Shown here: positions 52,983-63,747 of the stretch, piece by piece
Layout: each line of letters begins with the position of its first letter
How positions within the stretch are numbered: position 1 is the stretch's first letter
Source: a virus
Taxonomy: Duplodnaviria; Caudoviricetes
Length of the DNA stretch: 64,000 nt
IMG/VR virus record: IMGVR_UViG_3300021426_000067
Reading direction: 5' to 3' (one strand)
Notes under the pieces: generated by a model
Databases searched by the model: none
What the model saw: the letters and a program-made list of their open reading frames with translations, nothing else
Told to the model about the DNA's origin: nothing
Made by a program: the position numbers and the translations under genes

Positions 52983-53218
52983 TAGTCCACCTCATATACA
53001 ACTTTTACATCAGAAATAGGTTCTTTAATGTCATTAAAAACCTTAGTTAATACTACTTTATAATATTCTTCAACAACTTCTCCTTTTGATTTACGCTCTT
53101 TATGTTCAGTTGAATATTTACTAAGAATATATGAGCCGTCTTGCTTAGCTTCTTCTATTGTTCTTGTCGCTTGTTTTTCTGTATCAAATCTATGTGTTTC
53201 TACTGTACTAATTAACAT
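52982..53218 (-). CDS. hypothetical protein
   Basis: 78 aa, AGGAG RBS. Confidence 0.6.
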   Translation of the reverse strand: MLISTVETHRFDTEKQATRTIEEAKQDGSYILSKYSTEHKERKSKGEVVEEYYKVVLTKVFNDIKEPISDVKVVYEVD

Positions 53219-53230
53219 ATCATTCTCCTT

Positions 53231-53491
53231 TTAAATACATTTTACAATTATTTTATTTGCGTTATATTTCGTTAATTCTTTTTCTTGAATTTCTTTAACA
53301 ATTCTCTATGAAAACTGTTTTGCGCCAGATAAGTCTACCTATTGAATATCATAAGTATATGCTAATTCAATTATATCTTCTGAGATATTATTTAATTTAC
53401 TATATCTCATTTCAAGTTTATTTCCATCCTAATAAACATAAAGACGTTGACATATATCAAATGGATGAATAATCCCAATAATTTTTTTCAT
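53231..53491 (-). CDS. hypothetical protein, 3 in-frame TAG
   Basis: AGGAG RBS; MKKIIGIIHPFDICQRLYVY*DGNK; fills gap between neighbours. Confidence 0.65.
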
Positions 53492-53503
53492 ATATTATTC
53501 TCC

Positions 53504-53884
53504 TTAACATTCAATAACACCATTGTCATAATTAAATAAATAATAGACAAAGGCTTCTTTTCCAATTTTAAGCCAAATTTCCCAATCCTCTCCCTTTTTA
53601 TCAATAGAAAGAATATCTCCTCTTTCTTGAAGCAATCCAATAAGTTCTGAGGCTGCAATTTTAGGCGGATTGGGATTTGCTTTTTGATATAAATGAAATA
53701 ATGTATAATCTCGTCTTTCATGGCAAAGTAACATAGCATATCCATCTATCTGCCAATTAAACCATTCTTCAATGTCTTGCTGGGCAGTTTTAATAGCTGC
53801 CGCGCTTAGAGTACCTTGATTTAACATAAGTCGTTTATTTATATCATATAAAGTTCCCAATGAAATTTCTTTTGTATTACCCAT
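53504..53884 (-). CDS. conserved phage hypothetical protein
   Basis: MLLCHERRDYTLF..EIW..YYLFNYD. Confidence 0.65.
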   Translation of the reverse strand: MGNTKEISLGTLYDINKRLMLNQGTLSAAAIKTAQQDIEEWFNWQIDGYAMLLCHERRDYTLFHLYQKANPNPPKIAASELIGLLQERGDILSIDKKGEDWEIWLKIGKEAFVYYLFNYDNGVIEC

Positions 53885-53898
53885 ATTTTATTTTCCTT

Positions 53899-54381
53899 TT
53901 AACAAATTTTTTTAGCATATTGATTATTTGATGATAATTTTACCCCCAACACTTCATCAAAATGCGGTTTTTGATTAGGTATAAATCTTCCAAATTTAAT
54001 TATAATATTTGAAAATATTTCTTTTAACGCACTTACTTCTTTAGAAATCTCATCCTCATTATAACCAGTATAAATTACTACATCATCTTGATTATGGTAT
54101 TGATGTTGAAACCAAAGAAGAAAATTATTTATTTCTCCAAAAGAATCAAATGGTTCTAATCCTTGGAAAACAATTGCTTCAGTAATAGGATTGTTTATAT
54201 ATCTAATAATAATGCTTTCACAAGAAATGTCGATATTTGGTTCTTTTACCAAAGAACTATTTTGACATACTGGTTGACCACATTCTTTATCACATTTAAA
54301 ATTACAATAAGGAAATTCAATTACCATTGAGGGTTTTTTATAATTTACAAAATCTTCATCAATTAATCCTTTTATTATCAT
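53899..54381 (-). CDS. nrdG: anaerobic RNR activating radical SAM protein
   Basis: CNFKC..C.N, GLEP, IYTGY, KFGRF, SNNQ; adjacent to nrdD. Confidence 0.85.
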   Translation of the reverse strand: MIIKGLIDEDFVNYKKPSMVIEFPYCNFKCDKECGQPVCQNSSLVKEPNIDISCESIIIRYINNPITEAIVFQGLEPFDSFGEINNFLLWFQHQYHNQDDVVIYTGYNEDEISKEVSALKEIFSNIIIKFGRFIPNQKPHFDEVLGVKLSSNNQYAKKIC

Positions 54382-56299
54382 TAATTGGCTCCCATCTTCT
54401 CATATTATATTCTAACTTTCTATGAGCAGACCAAGTTCTGATTGGAGTATAAAATCCTACAACTCTGGTGTATTCTCCCGCAATTGGTTTTCCACATACT
54501 GGACAAGTTGTTCCATAGAAAGCATGATTATCTTCACAAACTTGAATTTTTGTATTAAAGGCAAAATAAGTAACACCCTGGTCTGCAATATATTTAACCA
54601 TTTTCCATGCTTGATCAAAATTAGAAAATGGTGCATCAATATTAGCATGTAAGATAGAACCTCCATTACAAAAATGATCGAATTGTGCTTGGATTCTTAC
54701 TCTTTCTTGTAAAGTAGTTTTGATACCAAGAGGAATAAACTGATTTCCATATAGCGGTAAATCATATATATTTGCGTTAGGATAAAAGAATTTGTCTTTT
54801 TTCATAAGTTTATCTGCCGCAGTTTCTCCAGGAATCTGTTCTGTGTTAATCTTATAATTCAAATTATATTTGTCAATAAAGTTATCCGCAGTTCTTCTTA
54901 TTGTTTGGAATATTTTTTCTCCAAATTTAGCAGCATTTTCTGTATAGAAAGTATTACCTAATTCATCTTTTGTAATATATCCAAAATGTTTCATTGTTTC
55001 ATATATACCTAAGAATCCAATTGTATTATATAAATGTTCAAAATCAATTAATCCATATTTAAAATTAGGTAAAAGTCCTTTATCAACATTTCTTTTAATA
55101 ATATGACGAACACAATCTAAGGCTTGAAGACATACATTAGTTCTTCTTTCAAGTTCTACTAAATACTCTTCTTCTGAATTGGTATCTAAAGCAAGTCTTG
55201 CTAAATTAATAGTATTAACTTTTACTGAGCCAACCTTAAGAGCTGTTCCACCAATAGAATTAAAGTAGCCTAAATCTCTAATATCGGATTTTAAACGACA
55301 GCAATTAGATAAACTATTAACACTATCATCTACAAATAAATTACTGTCTGACCATTTCATATTATGTTGAATTGCCCAACGCGCGAACTCATCATCTACA
55401 AATTCTCCATCTTGATATAATAAAGAAATAGTGCTAACTGGAAATGTCATCATATTTTCTGAACGAATTTGAGACATTGTTTCCATATATATTTTTTGAA
55501 AAGCAATAATTTCTTCTTCATAATCAATCATAAAACTTCCATCAGGAAAAGTGCTTCCGCCAAATAGAGCTTCAAAATAAGGTCTATCAAATACAGAAGT
55601 ATTGGTAAATGCGGATTGAGATCCGTCTCTAACATAAGGTTGATTCACTGCATAGATAAATCTTTGGAAGTTCTGAATAGCATATTTTTCAGGATTGCCT
55701 TCCCAATATTTTTCTTCAATATCTTTCTTCCAAAAATAATACATATAAGGAATTAAGTTTGGTAGTCCAACCGCGCCAGAAGTCCTGTTGCTTGTATATG
55801 AAATAAATTCTTTTACAAAATCTACAAATGTACCTAAGTGCCGCGGCGGTTTTGCATTAAAATTTTTACCAAGGAAAAAAAGTCCTTTTTCAGCAAGTTC
55901 TTTCAAATCATAAGCAAAACAATAACTTTTAAAAGTACATGTGTCTGAATCGTGCATATATAAAGCACCAATCCATTCTAATTTAAGCCATTCGTTAGCT
56001 GCTTTAAAACCATATTTTTTTTGCATTTCATAATAAATTTTATTAAATGCTAACAATTTTCTATGAGACTTTGGCATCTCATTTAGTAAAGTAACTATAT
56101 CTTTATGTGATACATTTGAATTACCATCAATACTGGCATCCGCAACTGTGTCCTCTTGAATAAAGTTACTAATAAAATCATTATATGACAACTGTTCATC
56201 TGCAAAACCATTTATTTTTGCAATATCAGTTCCATATTCAGCTTGAAGTCTGTTATAAGCTGTTGTAAAATTTTTGTTTAATCTAATTGATATATCCAA
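54359..56299 (-). CDS. nrdD: class III anaerobic ribonucleotide reductase
   Basis: SNCCRL finger loop, C-terminal CPVCG and YTRVVGFY glycyl-radical motif. Confidence 0.93.
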   Translation of the reverse strand: MDISIRLNKNFTTAYNRLQAEYGTDIAKINGFADEQLSYNDFISNFIQEDTVADASIDGNSNVSHKDIVTLLNEMPKSHRKLLAFNKIYYEMQKKYGFKAANEWLKLEWIGALYMHDSDTCTFKSYCFAYDLKELAEKGLFFLGKNFNAKPPRHLGTFVDFVKEFISYTSNRTSGAVGLPNLIPYMYYFWKKDIEEKYWEGNPEKYAIQNFQRFIYAVNQPYVRDGSQSAFTNTSVFDRPYFEALFGGSTFPDGSFMIDYEEEIIAFQKIYMETMSQIRSENMMTFPVSTISLLYQDGEFVDDEFARWAIQHNMKWSDSNLFVDDSVNSLSNCCRLKSDIRDLGYFNSIGGTALKVGSVKVNTINLARLALDTNSEEEYLVELERRTNVCLQALDCVRHIIKRNVDKGLLPNFKYGLIDFEHLYNTIGFLGIYETMKHFGYITKDELGNTFYTENAAKFGEKIFQTIRRTADNFIDKYNLNYKINTEQIPGETAADKLMKKDKFFYPNANIYDLPLYGNQFIPLGIKTTLQERVRIQAQFDHFCNGGSILHANIDAPFSNFDQAWKMVKYIADQGVTYFAFNTKIQVCEDNHAFYGTTCPVCGKPIAGEYTRVVGFYTPIRTWSAHRKLEYNMRRWEPINDNKRIN

Positions 56300-56500
56300 T
56301 TACTCATGCTCCTTTATCCATTTTATTGCTTTAGAAAAATTTAAATATTGATCGTCTACCTGTAAAACAGGGACTTCCATAAAACCTAATTCTAATAGTT
56401 GGTCTATATCATTGGAAATCTAAAAATCAATAGACAAACTTTCTAATTTTCTTTTTAAGACTGTGCATTTTGGACAGCCTGTTGAGTATAGGGTGATCAT
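56300..56500 (-). CDS. glutaredoxin/NrdH-like protein, 1 in-frame TAG
   Basis: LYSTGCPKC, VPVL; GGAGG RBS. Confidence 0.8.
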
Positions 56501-56573
56501 AAGCAAACCTCCTATTTCAGTAAAAATCATCTAAAGCCATCTATATTATTTAAAAAAGAAGTAATAAAATTAT

Positions 56574-56948
56574 TTAATTTTGTCCTTCTTCCTTTAAATA
56601 ATGAAATTGCTTTTTCCCTTCTCTTGATTTTAAATCACACATTTCTGGGAGAGTTTCTTCCATTTGAAGTGCGCCTAAAATATTAAAAGCTGCGGCTGCA
56701 AGATGATCTTCATCATCCCACCCCGCAATATATTTAGCTAAATGACGTTCTGCTGAATCCAAGAAAGATGAGACTGGGATTCCTTTTAAATAATTAAAAC
56801 GTCCATATTTTTTAGCACCCTCCTAATAATGAACAGATAATCTTAATAAAGCAGCCATAGGAAGGGAGAGCATGTCCCCCTTCCCACCTTTCATATCTCT
56901 AACTGCGCCAGTATTAAATTCAGTTCTTTCTCCAGAATCTTTAATCAT
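56574..56948 (-). CDS. DUF5664 dATP/dGTP diphosphohydrolase-like protein, 1 in-frame TAG
   Basis: KDSGERTEF.TGAVRD..GKG..HY*EGAKKYG..KGIP..DSA.RH..DEDHLAA. Confidence 0.8.
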
Positions 56949-56961
56949 ATTATGCTCCTTT

Positions 56962-57168
56962 TTATTTTAACATAACCCTATTACATATAGGACATCGTTG
57001 TGGTAATTGCAATTTTCCATATTGTAAATTATTTATTTTATATCTTATAATAATGGGGTGCGTTATAAAATCACATTTTAAACATTTAATATAATCTTTT
57101 TCACATAGCCCAATCGGAAGATCAATATTATTTAAATTTACCCATTTAGAATAATAATCATTATTCAT
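56962..57168 (-). CDS. small Zn-ribbon protein
   Basis: CLKC..CPIC. Confidence 0.5.
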   Translation of the reverse strand: MNNDYYSKWVNLNNIDLPIGLCEKDYIKCLKCDFITHPIIIRYKINNLQYGKLQLPQRCPICNRVMLK

Positions 57169-60100
57169 TATTTATCCTTTCATGTTCTAATGTAATATTC
57201 CCATTGTTAATATCTGTAATTCTATATAATTGATGGGTTGCGGTTGATTTATATTTTTTAGTTACAAAAGTATCTTCTCTTCTAAAACCTGTAACCATAA
57301 TTTTTGTTCCACGAGAAAACCAGCCTTTTTCTAAAACTTTTTTACTTCCGTCAGCTTGTCTTTCTGAAATTTGACGATTATACATAGCATAATATTCTTT
57401 CGTAAATTTTACATTAACAACTCCATCTGTTGTTAAAATAGTTACAGTTGATTTTGTATTATTCTTACTAATAATAGTTCCTGCAATTTTATGTAATTTA
57501 AAGATAGGAATATTTCTTCCTGCTCTTTTGAAGAAGTAATCAACTTCTGGGTCAGAAGGTAAAGAAGAGAAATCTACAATACCATATTTAAATTTATTAA
57601 TATTAGCTAACTCATGCGGATGATAATAGAAACATAAACTTTCCATTTCCCATGCAGAGATATTACCTGCCGCATCTTTATTCCAAACAGTTTGAAATAA
57701 AAGATTATTATATTGATTTAAAATTTCTATTTGATTTTCTTTTAACCATTCTCTTACAGCATCCATTTCCTTTTGATAAATTTTATCCCATTTAGTTTGT
57801 AAGATACAAACTTCTCCATTGATAATACTTATCTCATTTAAATCATAATTATGACCATAAAATCGTAAAGCTGAATCATCAAGTACATAATATTTTCCAT
57901 TTTTATGTTCTTTAAGATATTTATTAAAAGAAAAAACAAAAATTTGTTTTTGTAATTTTTTTGTTGGGATTAAATTATTCTTTAATAAACCATTAAAGTT
58001 TTGTAAAGTTAATTTCTTTTTAGGCTCACTAATTATAGAAATGTAATATGCCATAATTGCATAGCGCGGATTATCTTTACAAATTTCTGATGCCCACTTT
58101 TCATCAGTTTTATCAAATGCTCCTGATTTAATTAAAGATAACATTTGAGTTTTATTTAATGGACATCTTGCCATAAAATCAATAATTCCTTTGTATGGGC
58201 GGCCTTCAATAATTTTATCAATGACTTGGCCACTAATTTTATTAACACCTTTTAAACCAAATAAGATTTCATTATTAGCTTCATCTGGTTCAAAACTAAA
58301 ACCAGATTTGTTAATATCAATTAAAGATACTTTAATACCTTTAGTGGTAATATCTCCAATAGCTTTAGCTAATTTAGAATAATCGGTTGATTTATCTTTT
58401 GTATTTCCATCATCGTCATCATCTTCTTCTCCTTCAAGAGAAGCACTATTGACAATTAAACATGCGGTATTCCAATAAATAGGATTCCAATGAGTTGCTA
58501 AATAAATTCCTTGGACTCCAATAAATGAATAAGCAAGAGCATGAATAATAGAAAAAGAATATCCCATCTGAGGGCCTACTCCACATCGCCATACATAGCG
58601 ACCAAGGGCGGGGCTACTTGCGGTATCCAGAATTTTTTGATGCAATTCTGGGATTTTATTCATTTGTTTCTTACCAACAATCTTTCGCGCGGCATTAGCT
58701 TCTTTTAAAGAAAAGTTACATATATGTTCATCCATTAACATTCTCATAAGCTGTTCCTGAGAAGGCGGAACTCCATAAGATTGTTTAAAGTATGGTTCAA
58801 GATATGCCTGTTCATCTTTAGTTAAACCTGCTAAATCCATTTCTTGATACCATAAAGATAAATTATTCTTATAGCGGATATATTTTTCCATAGGTGTTTC
58901 TTCACCTTTTTCTGCGGTCATTAACCGCATCAGACCATTGGCATCCGCCATTTCAAGAATGTTTGTAGGTTTAATTTTTTTAGCAGCTTGAGAACCAACA
59001 TCTGAATCAAACTGGAAAACATTTAAAACAGTGTTTTCTCTTAATGCTTTCCAAATTTTTTCATCATTTAAAGGTAAAACTTCTGGATGTAAATATGTGT
59101 CATAGACTTCTCTTAAAGTAAAATATTTATTAATTTTATTATGCTTTTGTAAAAGTTCAATAGTTTTTACAATTTTATCTTGAAATTCTGTTACCAAGAA
59201 ATCATATTTAGTCATGCCGCATGCTTCACATTTATGTAAATCCCATTGAGTAATAATTTCTCCTTTGGGAGTTTTCATAAAGCATCCAAACTCATATGGG
59301 TCTTCGTCAAAGAGGATAACTCCAGAAGCATGACTACTTCTTTTATTTACCAATCCTTCTATTGCCATAGCAATATCTAAAAGACCTTCATACTTATTAA
59401 TTTCTGTAATAAACGCATTTATTGGTTTTCTGCCTTTATCTTTATTGCCATACACAACATCTTTAAGAGGCCATAAAAAACCACGTTCACTGGGAATTAA
59501 TGAAGATAAGTATTGTGCTGTATCTACATCTATCCCATCTGTGAAATCTTCTGATCTGTATCCTCTACAAGCAGTGAGAACAGCACTTTTTGTTCCTTCT
59601 GTTCCAAAGGTAGCTATAAGAGTGCATCCAAGATTTTTCCTTGAGAGTTCATCAATTTCACTTGAAAAGTTTGCACCACGTTCATCTTTAATTCTCCTTA
59701 ATATTAATGGTCGTTTTGAAGGACAAAGATCTAAATCAATATCACCTAACTCAACTCGTTCTTTATTTAAATAACGCCAGAACGGAAGATCCCATTTAAT
59801 AGGATCAAGCTGAGTAACACCTAATAAATAATGATTTAGTCCTGAGCAAGATGAACCTCTACCCGCACCAACTGTACTGCCACATTCCCAAAACATATCA
59901 ACATAATGTTGAAGAGTTATTGGATAACGAAACATATTAGTTCCTAATTTTTCACTAATAGTTTTTTTAATATCTGCCTCTTCTTCTAATCGAGAGAGAT
60001 ATTTATCACAATATAATTCTTTTTCATACAGTGTATCTACACATTTATTTACCCAATATCTTTCATAAATGTCGTCAGAATTTTTCATTGAACACAATGT

Positions 60101-61081
60101 TGGATATTTTTCTTTAATATAATCAGGTTGCTGATTGTCTTTTTGATAATCTTTAACCTTTACTTTTGGAATAGTTTGTTTATGTGCAATACTATAATTT
60201 TCAATTTTATTATAAATTTCATATGAATTATTTACTAATTCATCATAATCTAATTCAGATGGAGCAATATTTTCTTTTATATCGTTTTCATCTTGAAGAT
60301 ACGCATATTCATAAAATGAATCAACTTCACGCTCTCCACCTTTTGAATTAAGATATGCTTTATGAACATATCTATCTTCTTTTTTAAGATAATGTGCATC
60401 TGATCCAAGAACCATCTTACATCCAAATGCGGCAGCTACAGATTTAAGACGTTTATTAACGGCAATCTGTTCGCTTGATTGACCCGGCGCACACTCAATA
60501 TAAAAGTCGTCTCCAAATAAATGTTTACACCAGATAAGAAATCCATTAATATTTTTACGTATTTCTTGCTGTCCTTGAATATCATCATGTTTTTCAGCTT
60601 TAATAAGATTTAAAAGCTGAGAAGATACTTGACCGCCAAGACAAGCAGTTGTAGCAATTAAACTATTAGGATATTTTTTAACAATCTCATATAACTCTGC
60701 ATAGGTAGTAGGAACTCTTTCCATACCTCTATCCCAATAACTTGCCATCCATGCTCTGGAAGAAAGCTCTCTTAATGCCTTAAATCCAGTTTTGTTTTTT
60801 GCAATCAAAATAAAATGATAATATTTCTGACCCATTTCTCTATTCTGGGTAAGATATATTTCATTTCCTAATGCAACCTTAAAATCTGGATATTTAGTTA
60901 AAATTTCTTGAGCGTAAAAATTAGCTTCAGGCGCGGCAGACAAACATTCATGATCTGTAATTGCTATCCCGCTTAAACCAATTTCTATTGCTCTATCAAT
61001 CAATGGTTTGACTTTATTGATTGAATCAAGAAGTCTTAAATTTGAATACTCAGTATGAGAATGAGGTTCAAATCGTTTCAT
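57161..61081 (-). CDS. dnaE: family C DNA polymerase (Pol III alpha-like)
   Basis: PHP motifs HSHTEYS, AITDH, SDAHY; GAGRGS, GDIDLD, HASG, KYDFL; 1306 aa, no TAG. Confidence 0.95.
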   Translation of the reverse strand: MKRFEPHSHTEYSNLRLLDSINKVKPLIDRAIEIGLSGIAITDHECLSAAPEANFYAQEILTKYPDFKVALGNEIYLTQNREMGQKYYHFILIAKNKTGFKALRELSSRAWMASYWDRGMERVPTTYAELYEIVKKYPNSLIATTACLGGQVSSQLLNLIKAEKHDDIQGQQEIRKNINGFLIWCKHLFGDDFYIECAPGQSSEQIAVNKRLKSVAAAFGCKMVLGSDAHYLKKEDRYVHKAYLNSKGGEREVDSFYEYAYLQDENDIKENIAPSELDYDELVNNSYEIYNKIENYSIAHKQTIPKVKVKDYQKDNQQPDYIKEKYPTLCSMKNSDDIYERYWVNKCVDTLYEKELYCDKYLSRLEEEADIKKTISEKLGTNMFRYPITLQHYVDMFWECGSTVGAGRGSSCSGLNHYLLGVTQLDPIKWDLPFWRYLNKERVELGDIDLDLCPSKRPLILRRIKDERGANFSSEIDELSRKNLGCTLIATFGTEGTKSAVLTACRGYRSEDFTDGIDVDTAQYLSSLIPSERGFLWPLKDVVYGNKDKGRKPINAFITEINKYEGLLDIAMAIEGLVNKRSSHASGVILFDEDPYEFGCFMKTPKGEIITQWDLHKCEACGMTKYDFLVTEFQDKIVKTIELLQKHNKINKYFTLREVYDTYLHPEVLPLNDEKIWKALRENTVLNVFQFDSDVGSQAAKKIKPTNILEMADANGLMRLMTAEKGEETPMEKYIRYKNNLSLWYQEMDLAGLTKDEQAYLEPYFKQSYGVPPSQEQLMRMLMDEHICNFSLKEANAARKIVGKKQMNKIPELHQKILDTASSPALGRYVWRCGVGPQMGYSFSIIHALAYSFIGVQGIYLATHWNPIYWNTACLIVNSASLEGEEDDDDDGNTKDKSTDYSKLAKAIGDITTKGIKVSLIDINKSGFSFEPDEANNEILFGLKGVNKISGQVIDKIIEGRPYKGIIDFMARCPLNKTQMLSLIKSGAFDKTDEKWASEICKDNPRYAIMAYYISIISEPKKKLTLQNFNGLLKNNLIPTKKLQKQIFVFSFNKYLKEHKNGKYYVLDDSALRFYGHNYDLNEISIINGEVCILQTKWDKIYQKEMDAVREWLKENQIEILNQYNNLLFQTVWNKDAAGNISAWEMESLCFYYHPHELANINKFKYGIVDFSSLPSDPEVDYFFKRAGRNIPIFKLHKIAGTIISKNNTKSTVTILTTDGVVNVKFTKEYYAMYNRQISERQADGSKKVLEKGWFSRGTKIMVTGFRREDTFVTKKYKSTATHQLYRITDINNGNITLEHERINNE

Positions 61082-61134
61082 ATAGTGTTACCTCTTTTTC
61101 TTTTATTTAATTATAGTATAATATAAAAAAATAA

Positions 61135-61166
61135 AAAAGTCAAGTGAGTTGCCCCACTTGACTTTA
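61135..61166 (-). terminator. intrinsic terminator overlapping the dnaE promoter
   Basis: AAAAGTCAAGTG..CACTTGACTTT with A tract on left. Confidence 0.6.
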
Positions 61167-61337
61167 GAATAAATATTAATTTACAGTGCCCATTGGAGTA
61201 TACCTCCTATTCATATTGAATTGTTATCAGGTATCATTAATTTAATTACTTATCAAACCATTGGACTGTACCTCGCTTTCTTAATATTTATTTCTGTAAT
61301 TATATTATACAAAAAATTTTTTGTTTTGTCAAATTTT

Positions 61338-61676
61338 TTATTTATATATTTTTAATCTAATTGGATCATTAAATACCCAATATTTTGATTCTTCTTTTAA
61401 TGGTTCTTTAATAAAATCATAATGACGAAACATAAAATTACCAATGTCTTTCATAATACCATCATAAATTAATGCTAAACAAGGTTGATTAATTATTTCA
61501 TTAAAATTTTCAATTTCTAATATAGAAAAAACTTTAATTAAATCATTAGTAGAAAATATTAAAAAAGCTGTCCCTTCTGTTGATGTTATTTCTAATTTTA
61601 GGATTATTTTATTTGTATCTATATCTTTAATTAAATTAGCATGTGTTATTTTTGCATTAAATATACCTGTAGTCAT
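61338..61676 (-). CDS. hypothetical protein
   Basis: 112 aa, GAGGT RBS. Confidence 0.55.
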   Translation of the reverse strand: MTTGIFNAKITHANLIKDIDTNKIILKLEITSTEGTAFLIFSTNDLIKVFSILEIENFNEIINQPCLALIYDGIMKDIGNFMFRHYDFIKEPLKEESKYWVFNDPIRLKIYK

Positions 61677-61720
61677 ATTATTACCTCATTAATATTAATT
61701 TATTACTGGCTCTTGTTATT

Positions 61721-61990
61721 TTACTAAATAATCCAGTTTTCATCCTCATATTCTTCCCAATCATCAGCTTCATACGAAACTATTTCTGATTCAATAAAAT
61801 CAGATTCTTCTTTAATTCTATTTAAAACATCTTCATACCATTCAAAATCTTCATCAGACATTTTATTTTCATCTGTATTTTTTAAATCATAAAATCTTTT
61901 TTGTTCATCTTTATTTAAAAAATTATCTAAATTAATATGTTTTTCAAGAATAAAAGTTCCTTTGCAAAATTTAGTTTGAATATATTTCAT
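61721..61990 (-). CDS. acidic hypothetical protein
   Basis: ends TAG-TAA. Confidence 0.55.
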
Positions 61991-61992
61991 AT

Positions 61993-63174
61993 TTACCTCA
62001 CTAATACTAATTTATCACTGGCTCTTGTGCAAGCTGTATAGAGCCATCTGGCATGTTCAGTTCCATCAAAAGGAAAGTTTTCCTCAAGAACAACTACTTT
62101 ATCCCATTCACTACCTTGAGATTTGTGACAAGTAATAGCATAAGCAAAAGCAAATTCTTTAGGAACTATCTCTCCATATTTTGGCTTTAGTTTTCCTAAC
62201 TTATATGATAATTGCCATCCGCAACATTTTTCTCCAGTGATAATCATTTGGTGATCCATTTCTGTCATTTGATAAACATCATTGGTTTCTGGCACAACTA
62301 AATCGCCAACTAAAATATCAAATTTTCTTATGTTACTTTGTATAAATCTGGGAATTTCTCGCCAAGTTTGATAACTATTTTTTAAAATACCAATCGTTCC
62401 ATTAATAAGCGGATTTCCCTCTTCGCTAAGGTCATCCCAATAATTTCTTAAACAAATCATTTTGTCTCCATCAACAGGAGAACCTGACCTTCCTTCTAAC
62501 ATTCTCATTTGAGTATTAATAGCTTGCCGTTTGGCGTTTGTTGCAGTTAGAATCTGATCACCCCATTTGAGCACGCCTGTATTTAATTTAGAATAAGGCA
62601 TAATGATTACTTCTTTTCCATTATAATAATCAATAGGCTCATGGTTCCTAATTTTCATAGTCAGTCGAATAATTTCAGATTCCTGTGCCTGCCGCATAAT
62701 TTCATCTAAGAAGATATGAGGGGCATCCAGAAGATGATTGTTTTCATCTTTATCTATTGGCGGAAGCTGACCAGGGTCTCCTAAACAAATTACATAAACT
62801 CGATGAGAGAATAATAAATCCATTAATGTTTTTGGAGCCATACTGACTTCATCAACTACAACAATAGTATAGTCTAATCGCGGCTTAGGTCGTTTGAAAA
62901 ATCCACCGGCGGATTTAGGAATAAACTCATATAATAACTTATGTAAAGTGCAAGCGTTCTTATTTCCTTTTTTACGTAATACTTCCGCAGCCTTACCGGT
63001 AAAAGCACAATAACATACTTTATCTTCATCTACATCAAGAGCCTGAATAATAAAGCGGACAAGGGTAGATTTACCACTACCCGCATATCCACTAATAACT
63101 GTATATTTTTCTCCTGCATTATGCCGACTAACCGCTATTTTCAGTCCTTCTTCTTGTTTCTTTGTTAATATCAT
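61993..63174 (-). CDS. RecD/Dda-like SF1B helicase
   Basis: GYAGSGKS, VVDEVSM, GDPGQLPP, AITCHKSQGSEW, LYTACTRA. Confidence 0.92.
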   Translation of the reverse strand: MILTKKQEEGLKIAVSRHNAGEKYTVISGYAGSGKSTLVRFIIQALDVDEDKVCYCAFTGKAAEVLRKKGNKNACTLHKLLYEFIPKSAGGFFKRPKPRLDYTIVVVDEVSMAPKTLMDLLFSHRVYVICLGDPGQLPPIDKDENNHLLDAPHIFLDEIMRQAQESEIIRLTMKIRNHEPIDYYNGKEVIIMPYSKLNTGVLKWGDQILTATNAKRQAINTQMRMLEGRSGSPVDGDKMICLRNYWDDLSEEGNPLINGTIGILKNSYQTWREIPRFIQSNIRKFDILVGDLVVPETNDVYQMTEMDHQMIITGEKCCGWQLSYKLGKLKPKYGEIVPKEFAFAYAITCHKSQGSEWDKVVVLEENFPFDGTEHARWLYTACTRASDKLVLVR

Positions 63175-63395
63175 TATTCATGTTCTCCAATTGCTTCATC
63201 TAAAATTTGCACAAAACGCATTATATCCTGATTTGCTCTTTGTCGATATATAGCCCATCCAGTATGATTAGAAACATTACTTTCTGTATCTCTTAAGTAT
63301 TCATATTCTGCCATTTGTTCTCTGGCTCTAATATATCTATATACCAGTGAATCATATTGATAGCCTTTTAATTTCTTTTCATCTATTGTTCCCAT
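63174..63395 (-). CDS. hypothetical protein
   Basis: 73 aa, GAGGT RBS. Confidence 0.55.
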   Translation of the reverse strand: MGTIDEKKLKGYQYDSLVYRYIRAREQMAEYEYLRDTESNVSNHTGWAIYRQRANQDIMRFVQILDEAIGEHE

Positions 63396-63530
63396 TATAA
63401 TATACCTCTATTTTTTATTCTATAATTATTATAATAAAATTTTATAAAAAAATCAAAAAAAGAAAAAGTGATTTAAAAAAATCCAAATGCCTTTTTGGTT
63501 CTCAGATACGACTGCCAGCGCGCCAATCAG

Positions 63531-63737
63531 TTAAGAAGATATACTTAATGAATCCAAAAAATCTGCTATTTTAGGGGCACACGTAGAACATACTTCAATA
63601 TTAGAAAGGTCTACATATTTAAATTTAGCTAATTTAGTTCCATTACTCATCGCATACATATATTTATTTACTGGGACTTGTATTGTTATTATGTTTTCAG
63701 ATGTTTTTTTACATAAATCACATTTATAAATAACCAT
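63531..63737 (-). CDS. small Zn-finger protein
   Basis: CDLCKK..VCSTC. Confidence 0.55.
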   Translation of the reverse strand: MVIYKCDLCKKTSENIITIQVPVNKYMYAMSNGTKLAKFKYVDLSNIEVCSTCAPKIADFLDSLSISS

Positions 63738-63747
63738 TTTATTCTCC

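Noticed and set aside
57161-61081. Intein or intron in dnaE (also considered for terL and nrdD)
   Set aside because: Continuous frames of ordinary length with no evident splicing motifs or inserted endonuclease.
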